64,000 nucleotides of DNA from Aplysia californica. Its lineage: Eukaryota. The DNA is taken from assembly GCF_000002075.1 (NCBI RefSeq), contig NW_004797562.1:285901-349900 (forward strand), in the 5' to 3' direction. Below, one piece after another: positions 22,701-36,789 of this stretch. The notes beneath the pieces were generated by a model. It was given only the letters and a program-made list of their open reading frames with translations, had not been told where the DNA came from and did not search any database. Position 1 is the stretch's first letter. Every line of letters starts with the position of its first letter. Made by a program: the position numbers and the translations under genes.

Positions 22701-25700
22701 AAAACTGTAGTACATTTTGAGAATTAGAATATGTTAGTATAAATAGAGTGTGTAAGTACAACTGGGTACAATCTTTTGAAAAAAATGTCTTTTCTCTTAT
22801 TACATCCTTTTAAAAACTTCTTTTCAAAAGATCCAATGGATAAACCTAATTAGTTATGTGATGTGCAAAGTTAAAGAAATGCTCTACTTTCTATGAGATA
22901 CAGAATCTCAAACTTTGAATTGCTATTTTCTACACTGGGTTTTTTGTCTATATAAAATAGGTACAATTGTTTTTATACTTCTACTGTTTCTATTTCAGGT
23001 GAACCTGTGAGCTAACTGTCAGAGATTCGAGACTCTTACTTACCAGATGAACATGTAGTCATAGTACTTCTTGTCCCCATCTTTAAAGAATTAAATTTAA
23101 AGCACGGTTGTTTTTTGTTTTCTTTTCTTTCTTTATCCAAAAAAGGTTTATAGCAGTGGCCTTAAAAGTAAAGCCTTTTCATTGTATAGTTTTCTGTAGC
23201 CCGATGTTAATTTTTGGATTTTTAAAATTCCGTAGTTGATGACCTGGACAATACAAATGTAGTTTCTATTCTTTTCTTTGGCCAGGCGAACAGCGGGAGA
23301 GACACAAACGGCTGCCAGTTTTTCATCACATGTACAAAGACAGACTTTCTTGATTTGAAGCATGTTGTATTTGGTAAGATTACTAATGTTTATCTATAAC
23401 TTAGGATTTGTTTTTCTATAAAGATGTATAGGCTTATAGCCTTCACATCGTGGCTGTATCAAGAAAATTAGCAACTCCAATGTTCTTAACTCTCCATTTA
23501 ACTGTTGAACCCTGAACTCCTGAACCTACCATGACCCCACACCTGAGCACCTATCCCTGATATTGATGACTGGGACTGATCAGCTCATCAAACACTTCAC
23601 AAACCGCTTTAAACACATTTTTCTTCAAATTTCGCTCCACAGACACACAATTATTTCCTTCTTCAATCCCGCAGGGAATAACTTATTTTATTCTGGTTGA
23701 ATAGAAATAAAACCACACAAACAAGAAGGGGTGTTTCCGAGCGGGATCTTGAAGCACAGGGAAGTTAAAGCTGTCCTGCTTAAGAGGAATTTCAAGTTGA
23801 AAGTGTTTAAGCAGTCATATGGCATGTGATGTGGAGTTTCCCGTTTTTCTTGTGACAGCACCGATATGATGTAATATAATCTGGAGGATTCAAGTATGCG
23901 AATGTTAAGAGGGATAACTCCAGCAGTGTTGTGCAGTCGAGCAAGCCCATTTTGATTTTGAATTGGTAGAGAGAAGTAGTTCTTGCAGAGGGGTAACTCA
24001 GTATGACCAGAGTTATCTGTCCTCTTCTGAATGTCACTGGCCTAAAAAAAATCCTATACCGTTGTCACATTTCGAGAAAAAGGAGCTTGACACTGCACTG
24101 TATATGCTATATTTGTCTCTGGTTTCAGCGATTTCAATTAAATTGAAGAACGTAAACAACTGCTAGTGATTTTTTTTTTTTTTAGTTTAGATGTTTTTCA
24201 CGCCCCTACTGGCATAATTTAGATCATTTAGGAGGCGGGCTTCGGCCCTGCCTGTCAAGGCAAACCTTGGCTGAGAGGGCTACAACATCACAACAGAAAG
24301 ACCGAGATACATGATAAAAATTCTGCCCTTTCGGCAATCAAACTACGGTCTCCTGCGTGCGACATGTGATAGGGTAGCCCTGAACAGCCACACAACAGAA
24401 GCTGGTCACTTGGTTTTCTTTCTTTAATTCTTTTATAACTCTTCAGAATGAGAAAAGTTGCCACTTAGTAAGTGACTTACCAATGTTACTAATGATAGCA
24501 ATATTATTGTTGTCCTTGGAAAATTCTTTTAACTGTTCAATCATTCATTGAGAGTCCTTTTTTTTCATAAAAAACGTTTCCCCCTAAGCGCTGAGTAGGA
24601 GTGGTCTCTAATGAAAGAAAATATATGAAGGAGAGAAGACAACCACTTGAGTTGTTGTATTACTACAGTTAATATATACTTTAAACTCTCTGCTTCATGT
24701 CACGTCTAGCAGTGTCTGCAGGGTAGTGGTTAGGATCTTCGCTATTTCATGCTGAATACTTGAGCTCAATTCCCAAGTGGGAAACTAATTTTACTGAGTA
24801 TCTCCATCTGTCTGATGGAAGTCATCTAGGTTGTCCCTGATAGGCAGGGTTGAAGTTGTCTGTAGTCTGTCAACTAAATTCTAAGTACAGTGAAAACCAT
24901 ATATATGGTCACTTTTAAGGACAAGTGGGCTAACCCAGATTTCGGGGGGTTCCTGAAATCTTGACCTACACCTACACCAAAAGTGAACATTGCCCTGCCT
25001 GTAGGAGAAGTTTGGTTTCATTGGTGTATTAGTTTGGTTATAGAGAAAACTCTCCTTGTCTTTTAAAGAAACTGAACAAGGGCCCAAAAACTTTTCCTTC
25101 GATTTTCTCAAAACAGCATTTTTCGGGATAGCCCCCTTGTGCTTAAAAGTGATCATATAACAGGCCCGGTAATAACAGGGATCTGGTAATAACTGATTAT
25201 TTAAATCCCCGTTTTTTTCCTACTTTTCTCTCTATTAAAAGTTATCAGCAATAACACGGCCTTATTGTAGCCCAATCAGTTATAGCAGGGACAAAGCCTC
25301 ATTAACAATGTGTAAAAAGTAAGAGAAAGAGAGACAGACAGACAGAGTAACGCAGTGATGGGGCACGCCACTGCAAGCACACGCAGTGGGTGAAGCGAGA
25401 GAGGGCTGCGGTGTGCTGCAGACTTCAATCAGCCCTAAGCCAAGCTACACGCACATGTAATGTGTCATGCGCAAGGTACTTGTGGCAAGGGAAACTACCT
25501 GTGAATAAATATAGCTGGATTTGTCCACAAGTGTTTACTTCCCTTGCATTCTGATTTAACAAGGATCTGATATAACAGGACCTTTTCTCTGGTCCCACCA
25601 TCCCTGTTATATCAGGTTTCCACTGTATTGCAGACAGGGGCTTAGAATATTGACAATGAATTGTAATTCACAACAACCACATTCATCGGTCTCCACAGGT

Positions 25701-25808
25701 AAAATCGTGGACGGCCACCTAGTGTTGAGGAAGATAGAGAACGTTCCTGTGGGCCCCAACAACAAGCCCAAGATCCCGGTCACCATATCAGAATGTGGGG
25801 AGATGTGA
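7788..25808 (+). CDS. PPIH: Peptidyl-prolyl cis-trans isomerase H (cyclophilin H, U4/U6 snRNP)
   Basis: Exons 17595-17659 ([22 protein letters not shown]), 18625-18693 ([23 protein letters not shown]), 20053-20095 ([14 protein letters not shown]), 22533-22628 ([27 protein letters not shown]), 23286-23373 ([21 protein letters not shown]) and 25699-25808 ([25 protein letters not shown]). The probable first exon is 7788-7860. A small NPVVFFD-type exon was not found and is likely in a gap. AATAAA at 25883. Confidence 0.93.
8200..8694 (-). mobile_element. MITE family B, inverted copy in PPIH intron 1
   Basis: Reverse complement of 5978-6448. The same spurious ORF ([13 protein letters not shown]...) appears on opposite strands in the ORF track. 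Confidence 0.85.
8924..9048. repeat. 47-bp subterminal tandem repeat of the Merlin element (about 2.6 copies)
   Basis: The unit cgcgaggcggag(g/t)gagtgagggctg..agactgccccgaggaacc starts at 8926, 8973 and 9020. Confidence 0.9.
9107..10270 (-). pseudogene. Merlin DDE transposase, disrupted
   Basis: ORF 9527-10270 has an N-terminal Cys ribbon ([11 protein letters not shown]), [34 protein letters not shown] and [15 protein letters not shown]. The catalytic-Glu segment is missing. A Merlin-like tail ([22 protein letters not shown]) continues in the same frame through stops at 9527 and 9419 into ORF 9107-9382. Confidence 0.85.
11211..11722. mobile_element. MITE family A, second copy (a reversed fragment is also at ~12315-12480)
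   Basis: Same TIR (ggtagtgtcaattgccacc / ggtggcaattgatgctacc) and internal sequence as 5109-5605, with an extra TIR copy at ~11287. Confidence 0.8.
12683..12913 (-). mobile_element. Second copy of the Merlin element end, next to an N gap
   Basis: Highly similar to ~10778-10974, including the TIR ggtgggtccaccaaagttcaatcttacc. It carries small insertions and has a different right flank. Confidence 0.85.
13211..13565. mobile_element. MITE family C relative with an expanded (ACCCTA)n-like array
   Basis: Starts ggaaggacttccgtttcgagcgaccacccc, contains accctaaccc/accctacccc runs and ends near tggtcgctcattac. Confidence 0.65.
13606..15119. mobile_element. Non-autonomous DNA element, PIF/Harbinger-like
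   Basis: GC-rich imperfect inverted ends (gctgccg..tcggggtcacgggg / ccccgtgaccccga..cggcaac) flanked by TAA on both sides. The interior is AT-rich with no ORF. Confidence 0.55.
18103..18540. mobile_element. pogo/Tigger-like MITE
   Basis: cagtcaaact... / ...aggttcaactg with TA flanks and gaccacctgtc-type subterminal motifs. Confidence 0.6.
20505..21272. mobile_element. Same family as 55142-55962, with a degraded left end
   Basis: Colinear internal similarity. The right TIR is ctcgttgaatctgagttccactg followed by TA. Confidence 0.8.
24888..25625. mobile_element. pogo/Tigger-like MITE (a reversed partial relative is at ~11955-12212)
   Basis: TIR cagtgaaaaccatatata / tatatcaggtttccactg with a TA TSD. 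Confidence 0.7.
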
Positions 25809-26419
25809 CACCCACATGCCACCCACTTTATACTGGTTGCTTGTTTGCATCATCCTCACCCTCCTATTCACATTGCCATTTGAATAAACACACAGTCTTA
25901 GGAACCATGTCAATTTTTAATTTGACTTGTCGTTGGTTTTTTTCTCTATCACACATCTACTTAATTAAATAAATACAACGTTGCTGTTATTGTTTCAGAA
26001 ATATACTGCTGACCTTTTTGTTATCAATCCAGAAATATACTGCTGATTTTATTGTTGTTGTTTTCGCTCTCAGTCCAAAATAAGTGTTGTTGGGTTTTTT
26101 TTAGTCAATCTAGACATATCGCTGCCTCAGAATTACAAAAACATCTATCTGACATTTTTGGGGCATTTTGGGTAGACAATCTGCTCCATCAAAATTGTAA
26201 GATTATTCCGAATCGTTATCAAGATATTCGAATAATTGCATTTTTAAAAGTTTGAAACTCAAAATTTTTTATGTCAAATTTCTCAAAACTAGGTAGGCTA
26301 CTGAGCAGATAGAACTTTGTAATTTTGAGGTAGTGATATACTGCTATGATCATGGTCAAGGATTTCCCCCAATTCTTTTTTATTCATCATTTCATCTGTT
26401 TCTTGAATGAACTGAATTA

Positions 26420-26730
26420 GGGACACTCGTGGTCTAGAAGTACAGTGTTCGCTTCTCATTCAGCTGGTCCCGGCTTCGAAACTTGAAGATGGAAATTTTT
26501 TTCTCAAAAAAATTGTATCTTTTCACCTTTTGTGCTTTCATAGCATGTTCTCTTGTCTGCTTTCATCTTCACTTTCAATAAGGAGTAGGCTTCCTCCGCC
26601 ATCAGGCAAAATTCAAAGTTAATTCCTACCAAACTGAAAGTACTTTATAATAATGTGTCCCATGCGCTCATTTGACTTTTATGCAGTTGCAAGCGCCGTA
26701 ACACACTAACCAAAAAACAAACAAACCAAA
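26420..26730 (+). mobile_element. tRNA-derived SINE, degraded
   Basis: Head gtggtctagaagt...gcttcgaaac resembles A and B boxes. The 3' end is aagcgccgtaac followed by an (AAAC)n tail. Confidence 0.55.
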
Positions 26731-29512
26731 CCTGGATCAAGTCCGAGAGTATAGTAGTAGTATAGGGCAAAAATAAGTTCTAATGAGTCAACACCTCTGT
26801 CAACTTCTTCTTATTGATGTTTGTATTTTTCCACATCAGTGAAGTGATCAAACTTGGCACATATTGGATATGCACTATGTGCTCTCCCAGGCAAGGTCAG
26901 TTCTGGCTTGAACTTCGAACTCATTTGCTTGTCGTCATTTTCTTCTTTATTGCACTGCTAGGTCACAAGGGAAGTTGACTGTCAATTTTCTGACCCACCA
27001 TGAACCAGATGGTTTACACGTACTATCTCCATAATGTTGTCTATTTTTCTGCAAGAATGTAATCTGTTTGCCTTTCAAGTAGCCGTGCTGCATTTTCAAA
27101 AGCAGTCGTAACTGTTTGATTTTTCAGTAGAAATTGTATAATATGTAGACAAAAAATAGACTGACATGCACCTGTTTAAAAAAGCAAGGAGTTGTACAAA
27201 TGTAAATCACGTTTTATTGCATGGAGGTGACCTCTGAATATCATTACAACAAAAAATTGTCATAGATTGTCGTATATATAATGCCGACTCTCTGCTTGAT
27301 GAATAAGTACAGTATACATACACTCTGATCCACTCAAACATGTTTGAGTAAACCCAGTGCTCCATTTCAAGAATTTTGAGCAACACATTTCACTTTTTCA
27401 GCACATTCATCAAACCCACATGTCATCACTAGGGTTAACCATAAGGCCACTGCGGTGTTACTCAAAGTTACTGTACTCTCCTCGGTTTCCCCCACTAGGT
27501 CACGGTCGACAGCTGGTTCTTCAACCCATACAGCAAAATGATTTTAGATGATATGTCTAACTGATTACTGTGGAGTCTGCTTAAATCGAGCATGGTTAAT
27601 CCGAAAAAGTTGTAAAATGAAGCCACAAAAGGTAAAATCCCTGATTTTGTTTTTTTCAATAGCAGCTTCTAATCACCAAAAAGCCAGCTAAACCAACGAA
27701 AATCTTAAAGTTTAAAGTTCCACAGACTACGGTTTAAACAAACTCCGTAGTGCGTCCACATACTGAAAAAAATGAGAATTATAGAGACAGGTAGCCTACT
27801 GTATCAAATAAAAAAGACTTGTCAAATATAAAAATGTTGCTCTGATAAAAAAAAAATTGCAGTACAAATACTGTCAGGCAAATCACAGATTTTCAATAGT
27901 CATACTCATACTCATGGACAACTTAGAGTCTTCTAAGTTTTCACCTCACCATCTACACTAGCTGTAGGCTCCTGCACAGATGGCAAGGGACCACACACAT
28001 AAGCTATAAATCAGGGGAGGTTTTTTTGCATGTGACTTGAATTCGCAATTTTTAAATTTTAAAGAAATTAGCAAAATCAAGTTGTTCATAAGATATTAAA
28101 AGGGACACTACTGCATTGGAACACAGGATACAAAACAACTCGAATTGCAAATTCAAAACGTTTGTGGAAAACAAAATGGGCAAAATGATAATTTTTTAAG
28201 AAAAAAAAAAGCTAGATCTATTTCTTATAAAAAAACCTGAAATACTATACCAGTATACATCAAAAGAATATGTTCCATTGTAGTTTTGTTCTAGCACCAT
28301 ACTGCCCTCATCCTTTGTACCATGCCTTCTGAATACATAAGGAGAAAGAACCAATAAATTGACTTATTGAAAGTGATTTTTGCAACCATCCTGCCCGCTA
28401 ACGGTGCTACTCAATAACAATAACACTCCCCAAACCCCAGACCTGAGACGATGGAGCCAAAGTCCACCGCTTACAATCAGTGGCAGGCCTTTATATGAAG
28501 TATAACACAAATAGCTCGAATTTGTCGGGGTCTCGGTAGTCCAAGGGATCCGTAGTTCGAAGGATATCTTACAAAGATGAAGAAGAAAAAAAAAACCGGG
28601 ACCGCAGGCACAGTTAGACTGATGCATGATTTTGAGTCTTCTGTGTTCGACCTGTCCGTGTTCTTCTGTATATAAGTATATATATACATAAAATACAAAT
28701 TAGTATTAGCAATTTTGTGCAAACTTCAAGATGAAGTATAGTGGAGTCTGCTTAACCTGAACACAGTTAATCCGAATAAGCTGTACACGGAAGGAAAATA
28801 AAATCCCCTATTTTTTTTTTTCTGTCGATTTGAGCAACCTCTCCAGGGTGAAAACCCAGCTGAACAGAAGAAAATCCGATGGTTCCACAGATTTCAATTC
28901 AGGCAGACTCCACTGTAATAATTTCTGAAGCCTTAGATAAAAATCCTAACAGTACTTTATGAGGTCATTCTTGAAGCCTCTATTTCTAGCGCCTATTTTA
29001 TATAATGTTATAAGCAAAACTATGCATACATATATATATATCAGTGAGAGTACTTGCCTTTGGAGAACACACACGCACACACACACGCACACACACACAA
29101 ACATACACACACACAAACACACACATGTACAGGAGTACCGCCTCAATAGGGTTATCATCTTTCTCAAGTAGATTAGGTAAAATGGTATCAATATGCAATG
29201 GTACAACAGTACCTAAAGACGACTTTCTTCGGGAATAAAAGCATGGCACGCTCTGACTATGTGGATAAATGATGAAGCAAAAATATCATAATGCATCAAA
29301 ATATGGGAACAGAATCTGAATTATGCTATACTTAATAAAATGTCACATCAGAATGAGAAATGGAGCTGAAATCCCAATAAAATACTGACAATCAGTGAGT
29401 AATTTCTCAAATCAATAATATGGTAGTTGAAAAGATTAAGTGAATATTTTGGGAAAAAGAATTGAATATAAGGAAAGCTCAGACTCTTTCAGTCTTTAGC
29501 TTTGCAGAATAC

Positions 29513-30905
29513 AGCAGTCTCTCCCTAACTGCACTGTGCTCAGGAGGGCTCCTAAGCATATGTTTACACGGAACTTGTGTTTCTGTGAAACCTTGCTAAG
29601 ACTAAGAGGGAACAAGGACACCTGAACCGTCTCATTTCCTTGATATAGTAGAGATAACTACAGTCCAACACGGGTAACCCAAATTTGACGGGGATTGGAA
29701 ATAGTGTTCGAGATTTCCATAATTCGTCATGTCCACGTCTGTGAAAGCCCCAATTACAAAGAAATAGAAAATCAAGGGAGGTAAAAAAGAACATTAAAAC
29801 CATGAACGAGGTTAGCTCACCTGATGAACGTGTCGACAGTGTGAAAGGAAAAAGATGAATGAAAGTGGAAAGCAGAAAATCTCACGTGTGCACAGCAGAC
29901 TCCTACGTCATTCCTTTCCTCTCATTTCATTGGCTTACAGAAAGTTTGGCCTCTCGCCATCCGCACCACGTGCGTTCCACAGCATGATTGCATGCCTGGT
30001 GAGCCAGTCATGTGGTACAGTCAGCATCACTTCCCAGCCCTCCCCTTCCAAATCCCCTCTTTCTCTAGCCTCTCGTGGTGAGACAAGGACCACGTTTTGG
30101 CTGTAACGGTAACAAAGAAACACCTACCCTCAGCCAGAAAGGCTGTAAAGCAAGGTCTTTAGTTGAGAATGCGAAGTGGTTTTGTTCAAGATTCGAGTGT
30201 TGCAAATGTTGCGTGTTCGGAAACTCCATGAAGTCGACACAAAGAAAACATAGGGAGAGAAACGGGACAGAGCATTATGTTCGAGATACCCGAGAATTCG
30301 AGATTTTCGCGATTGAGCGTGGACTCTACATATTACCTCTCTTTAGGGTGAGGGGAACGGGCGCTTTCACCAATAATGTAACGAAATGGAAACTTGAATG
30401 TTGGTCATAAAGGGTTCCCAAGTCGTGGATGACGTCGACAAAGGTGTTGAATGAGTGTTGGAAAAAAGCAGAAAGACTGATTCACCATACTGTCAGAAAC
30501 AGATAAAGCAAATTGTGGGTGACAGTCATAGGGAACAGCGCTCAGGAACATCTCTTTCCAAGTGACCACTCCCGACTACCAGTCATCCATAATAACTTGG
30601 TAAATGCATGGATGATATCAGACATTCTGAGAGACTTCTCTCGTGATTCATCGAACAAACCTTGTCAAATATCGCGTTCTCTGGACTTGTCTTTCTTCTC
30701 ACCCACTCCGTCCAGGTTGTTGCAAAGATTTCCCTTTGTCAAGCTTTTCCAATGTGCACATTCCACAGATCGAAGTGTTAGCAAGAGGAAGTTGCGACTG
30801 CCCTTTTGTACATCTAAATTATGAAGTTTAAAAAAAAACATCATATGAAGCCTGTGTTTGAGCAGAGCATGCTTTTGCATGGAGCACGTTTAGGCAGAGA
30901 CAACT
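29513..30905. mobile_element. Diverged relative of the 40680-41646 MITE
   Basis: Shares tgctcaggagggctcc..tgtttacacgga and the right-hand tgtttgagc.gag..tgcttttg.atgg..cgtttaggc.gagac segment. Confidence 0.65.
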
Positions 30906-32214
30906 AATTATAAGTTTTCAATGAGCCAGAGTGACAAAATATGAGATACAGTATTGGATACTAATGGTAAGTTGATCTAGTCTACATAACTAAAAAAGTG
31001 ATTCCTCAATATAAAATTCTACATGCAATTAAACAAAAAAGAAATAAAAATACCGGGTACCATTCTAATCTTCCCAAAGAACATTCAGATTACAATGTGT
31101 ATTCCAGAGAATACTCGTGGTGCGGTATCCCAAAAAACACCATCATACAAAGTAAACCTTCTCAATAACCCCCTAGCCATTTGGAGGGTTGTGGATGACC
31201 TATCCTGTATTGCGTTTGTCTGTGGAGCAACATGGTGCAATTTTTGTCTGTCCTACAACACAGTGCAATAACCCGTCATCATAATGGTGCATAATATTTT
31301 TTTTTAATATAGAAACTTCCTGAGAGCACTGAATCAATGGTAGACTTATGTAACAAGTCCTTTCCATTGTTTTGGTAAACGCGAGTAACAAGATCTCAAG
31401 AACAAAATCACAGATTTTAAAGACGAGAGTAAAAAAAAGCGCTCTTATTCCTGTACTCCCCTTCCACCCCATCCAACAGCCAAAGATAATACTTTTACTA
31501 TTAATGGTACACAGGGCTGCTTATTTCTACCGATTTTTTCAGTATGTACCAGTTTTGGACCTGCTTTAATCATCATACTAAAGGAGGTGCCTAAACTACC
31601 AAATTTACAATGGGCACCGAGATTAGAATCAAAGTTTATAAATGTTTACAAAAACGTTATATCATATCATCAACATTGCTCACCTTCACAATATTCGCAC
31701 ACACATAAAATAAGATATATAAAGTATAATTTCTTAATAATATTTCTAGAAGCTAGCTCTGCTTGATGGCAACTACTTGTACCTGGGTAAAGTTTATCCT
31801 TTTCGTCCCCTTCTTTATCTGTACTATTTGATTTTAGGCCAAAGTTACAAAAATTTACCCTGAATCTACCTCAAATGGGAACTTAGGCAGCACTGAGAAC
31901 AATTCAAAGTGGATAGGCAAAGTTAATGTGAAGAGGGGAGGTGAGGGAAGAGTTGTTATCTTTAATTTTCTTACTGTCCTGTTCAATGTAATCCAAATTA
32001 AACCAGAGAGAGGAAGTGGGAAGAGAGAGAGAGAGAGGGGGGGGGGGAAGGATCACTATGTTTTTTTATTTTATTGTAAAGCACACTGAGCACTTTCCTC
32101 GTGGAAATATGCTATATAAAATGTATATTTGTAATCTACTATCATTACTAAGGGAAAAGGAGGGGTGTTTGTGTGTGTGTCCACTGAACACTTTTGTCCA
32201 GCAGCTTGGCCCTC

Positions 32215-34242
32215 TCATTCCTGCTTGTAGCCCATGACCCACAGAAGAGGCTGGTCAGTTGAGACGGTCACTGTTGGGCTGGCCAGCGAGTTGGACGTGC
32301 TGATGAGCTCTCCGAACCTCATACTGTCCTTGTCTGAGGAAGAAACCACTTACAGTCAGAAACAGATAACACAAACATCTCAAACTTGAAATCACTGAGG
32401 ACTCATATAATATGCCATTCTCTGACTTAATAACTATAATATGTGAGGCAGCGTGGTGAAATCAAGTGCTCGTTAAATAGTGTAATCAAGGAAACCGGCA
32501 TTTTTCTGGCTGTTGGGAAAAGTTTTTTAAATGTTCTTTTTTTGGCTCAACACCTTTTATACCCCTTTAAGAAAACATTTCTGTGTGGACTTTACATTGA
32601 TAAACATTGCTCGAAGGCAAAGAACATGTAAATTTGAAGTTTCCAAAGACACTCAGGCTTTGGGAGTCACCAAACTTTGGCGGCCATTTTCTCTCTAGTT
32701 TTACACCAGGCGACCCCCACCTCCTTCAATCGCAAATATCTTGACTTCTATTCAAGATAGGTGGGTATTTTTTTTCGCCAAATGCAAGACAAGTGAATAA
32801 CTCCAAATACCAAAAAATTTACAAGTGTTTGATTCCATCTTGTCATGACACATATATATTCTTTGTATTAGCAACATTGTTTTCTCAAATACAAGCCTAG
32901 ATTTATTAAATATCTCGTCTAAAAAACCTGACCTAGAGCTAGTTTTTCCACACAATTGTTGTCATCTCAAATTCTTATTGCCCTGCCTGTACAATGGGAA
33001 ACAACATACCCAGCCTTATTTAGAGTATTAGATAAAATGGCCCATCAGGCTCCCCCCCCCCCCTCCCCAAAAGAATGATACACACACTGCTACATAGTCA
33101 AACATTATATGCATAAAGCACTAAATCTTTCTTGGATTTGAATCTAGTCCTGTGAGGGCTGGAGCTGAATGGTGGGGTGTAATTGAAGTCAGACTATGTG
33201 GCACTGCCTTTGGCCATATGGAGTGTGAATTATGTTTATTTTTGTGAGCATATGTGCGTGTGTGTGGTTGATTGAATGTGAAGATAATAGATTGGAACTT
33301 GATTATGCAAATTATACAAGAGGGGTGTCTAGTTTTGGTTAAATCGTCATGATCGTAACCAGACTGATTCTGAAAGAGACCACAAATGATGGAAACTACC
33401 CACCGTCCTGGCTAGCAAAAACTGAGTGCAGCAAAAGTTGTTGGTTTTTTAAAATCTACGTCACGAAGAGGTGGAAACTGCTAGAGGGCCAATAGTTTCG
33501 GAAAACAACAAAAAAGTTATAGAAAAGCCTCAACACAAGAAATATAGATCTATACATTTAATGTCTAAGAAACATATACTGTATCTAAAGTCTAAGAAAT
33601 GGACATTCAATATTTGTGGCCTCCTAAACAATCTGTTTGTCTCTACTGTCAGAGAAACGTTGAGGACTCACTCAGATTATACTTGAGCCCGGTGGTGGTC
33701 ACCAGGTTGGCAGGCTGGCCTACCGGCACTAGACCACACCAGTCATCCTCCAGACCTGTGTCACAGTAGATAGTGTGCTCACCCTGTGGACAGAAAATTT
33801 GGACTGAGTTAAAGAGAAGAAAATAAATTTTACATATACATTAGAAGTCATCGAATATATCAGCTTATACTTTTATTTTACATATTTCATTTACTGGACT
33901 GAAGTGATAAAATTAGGTATTAATATTAATCATATTGCAAGCACACGTAAATGAAAAGATTTGACCACACTTGACCTTGTCCAGCAAACAGGCCATTGAA
34001 CCTTCAGACAGGAGGATGGTGGGTTTTTTGCTGAGGCCGCGGGCTGTGTACAGGGTGTTGACATTAGCCAGTGTATGGTCAAAACGTCCGCCAAACGACC
34101 CCAAAGCAACAATTTGCTCCAACTGAAAACATTTAGAAATACAAAAGAAAAAAAAATTCGCTGTCAGTTATCTTCAAAAGGACAGAGTTGATTGCAACAT
34201 TAGTGTTTGACAAGGCAGCACAAAGAAACTCATTCTCTCATT

Positions 34243-34308
<66 letters not shown>

Positions 34309-36758
34309 CCCCCCCCACACACACACTCCCTCTTTAAAAAATGTTCACCCACCCTCCCTTTCATTCATCAAGGGCACCCACAAAAATTACAATAAATATG
34401 ATAAAAATGAGAGCTTTCAGTGTTCCAACAGACTGGCACACATCATACATTCGCACTTGAAACTCAACATTTTAACGACATAAACGAAATCCATGTCAGT
34501 CAAGTGTTCATAAACAACGGCACATACAAGCCTTAGAAGGAAAATGGAGAAGTAATCTATACTATATTATGTTATATTTCTGGTGGCTTAATCTTTGCAT
34601 CACTTTTTAGAAGAAACAACAACCTTTTCAGACCTCCAAAACTTGAATAAAGGTAGAATTCAACATTCTTAAGAACATGATGGAGCCAGATTTTCATCGT
34701 TTTGAACTTGAGAAATGATCAAATTATAAATTTTGATCACTATATATCGTTATAAAGTACTCCCGAATAGAGTATGGTAATTGGTTTCTTATTCCACTTT
34801 TACTAACTTAAAAAAAATAATTTTGTTCAGTGTAGCTTCACAGCTGCACAGGTAAAAGCAAATGGGAATTCCTAATGCATACTTGACTTTCTGTGGATGC
34901 TTTGTACAGTTATAAATCTTAAAAGGAGAAGTTTTTAAAAAAATATTAAATTAACTCAACAAGTACAATGCATGTTGAGACATTTCATACAACAATTTGG
35001 TGTCTTCTCAAATGATCCAGCCTCTTGTGATTTCAAAATGTAATTTTTTTTCATCAACATAACACTTTTTAGAAAACTGAATAGAACAGAAAATTGTTTT
35101 TTGTGTATGTGTGTATGTGTGTGAATGGGTTAGTCAGGGGGGAGGGGGGGGTATTTTGTAATCAATACAGGCTTAAACAGGAAGAAAATGTGGATATAAA
35201 AGCAATGGTGTTGTGGGTTATTTAATAGATCAATTGAGAACAACTCTCAAAAGCTTGGTTCAAGAGTCTTTGAGTTTTCGCAAATTCTTCATTAGTTCTG
35301 TTTATGAGGAGTGAGTTGCAAAAGGCTATGAAATAATACAAAGTAGCTGACACTCCCACATTCTATACAAACAACAGTATGAGTAAAGGAAAAACAAGCA
35401 ACACATGTATTTAATGTGACAAAACATGACCCACTGGAATTTGTCCGGTTTTCTCACACACAATCCGGAGACACTTAGTGAAGTCGGTCTCGTTCTGGTC
35501 GGGGGTCGGCAAGATCTCCACATTCTGTATAAGGACAAAAGCTTACAAGTAGAATTATTTATCATGACAAGCTGTGCCTGGAAATGGAAGACAAACCATA
35601 GGCTGTGAGATCTTTCAGGGAGGACCTAAAGTACTTTAACAAAAACTGATATTTTAAGCATCCCTTTCAATACTAGAAAATCCTCTTTTAAATTATCTCT
35701 TTAGTACTAAAAGTAAAAGTCCTCTTGAATCCCTTTCAGTACTAAAACAAGTCCTCTTTTTGAAATCCCTTTTCAGTATTGAAAAATCCCTATTTTTAAA
35801 GAATTCCTTTAAGTTTGAGTACTAGACTAGAAAAGAATATTTGTTGACATTTTCTCACCCAATTGCGGTAATAGTCAAGACTGGCAGGAAGGGCAGAGTC
35901 AAAGTCACCAGAGATGACATCGGGGATAAATTCATCCTTCTGATCCCCACAATTCTTTAGCAATCTGTTCACTGCGCCATCCGTCACTGCCGTGAAGGCG
36001 CCTGTCCCGAAAACAAAACTTCCAGTTTGAGTCAAAATTACGCATTCAAACACACTAGCCGCTCATGACTTTTGATTGTTCAGGGAAAAGGAAGACGATA
36101 GACTCAAAGTCAAAGGAAAGTGGGATGGGAAACAAGTTGGGCTAACCAGTTGGTGGATCCTCCACCCCCCATCCCCCCAAAAAATGTGTGGTAAAGTACA
36201 ATGGAGTCCATTTAAAATTAAACTGAACAGTACAGATAATCTAATAATGGCAGTAAACAGAAAAAAAAATAATATCTCCCCATTTTATCCTTCAATTTGG
36301 GCAGCTTTAAAGACACATTTAATGACATCCTTTTCATATTAGTAGATTCATGTTCGGTACAATGTTATGTAAATGACTATGTATCCACTTATGTATTATG
36401 CGAATTGCAATGTGTATATTATTCTATTACATAAAAAGGAGAAGATGGAGATGGACTGGGCATGTTCTGAGAAAAGAACCAGACTCTATTGTGAAGGCTG
36501 CCCTCCACTGGACACCCGAAGGACGTTGCAAAAGGGGCAGACCTAAAGTGACCTGGAGACGCACGGTGGAGTCTGAAATGAAGTCCTGGAATCATTCATG
36601 GGGGACGCTGACCAAGATGGCCAAAAACAGACAGAGCTGGAGATCCTTTGTTGCTGCCCTAAACGCCAGATGGCGTAATGGGTAGTAAGTAAGTAAGTAT
36701 GTTTGTATGTGCTCATTTCGTAACAATGTGTAAGCGTGCGCGTGTGATAAGCAAGTAG

Positions 36759-36789
<31 letters not shown>

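Noticed and set aside
26420-26490. tRNA-like sequence
   Set aside because: It has no complete cloverleaf and continues into a SINE body and tail.
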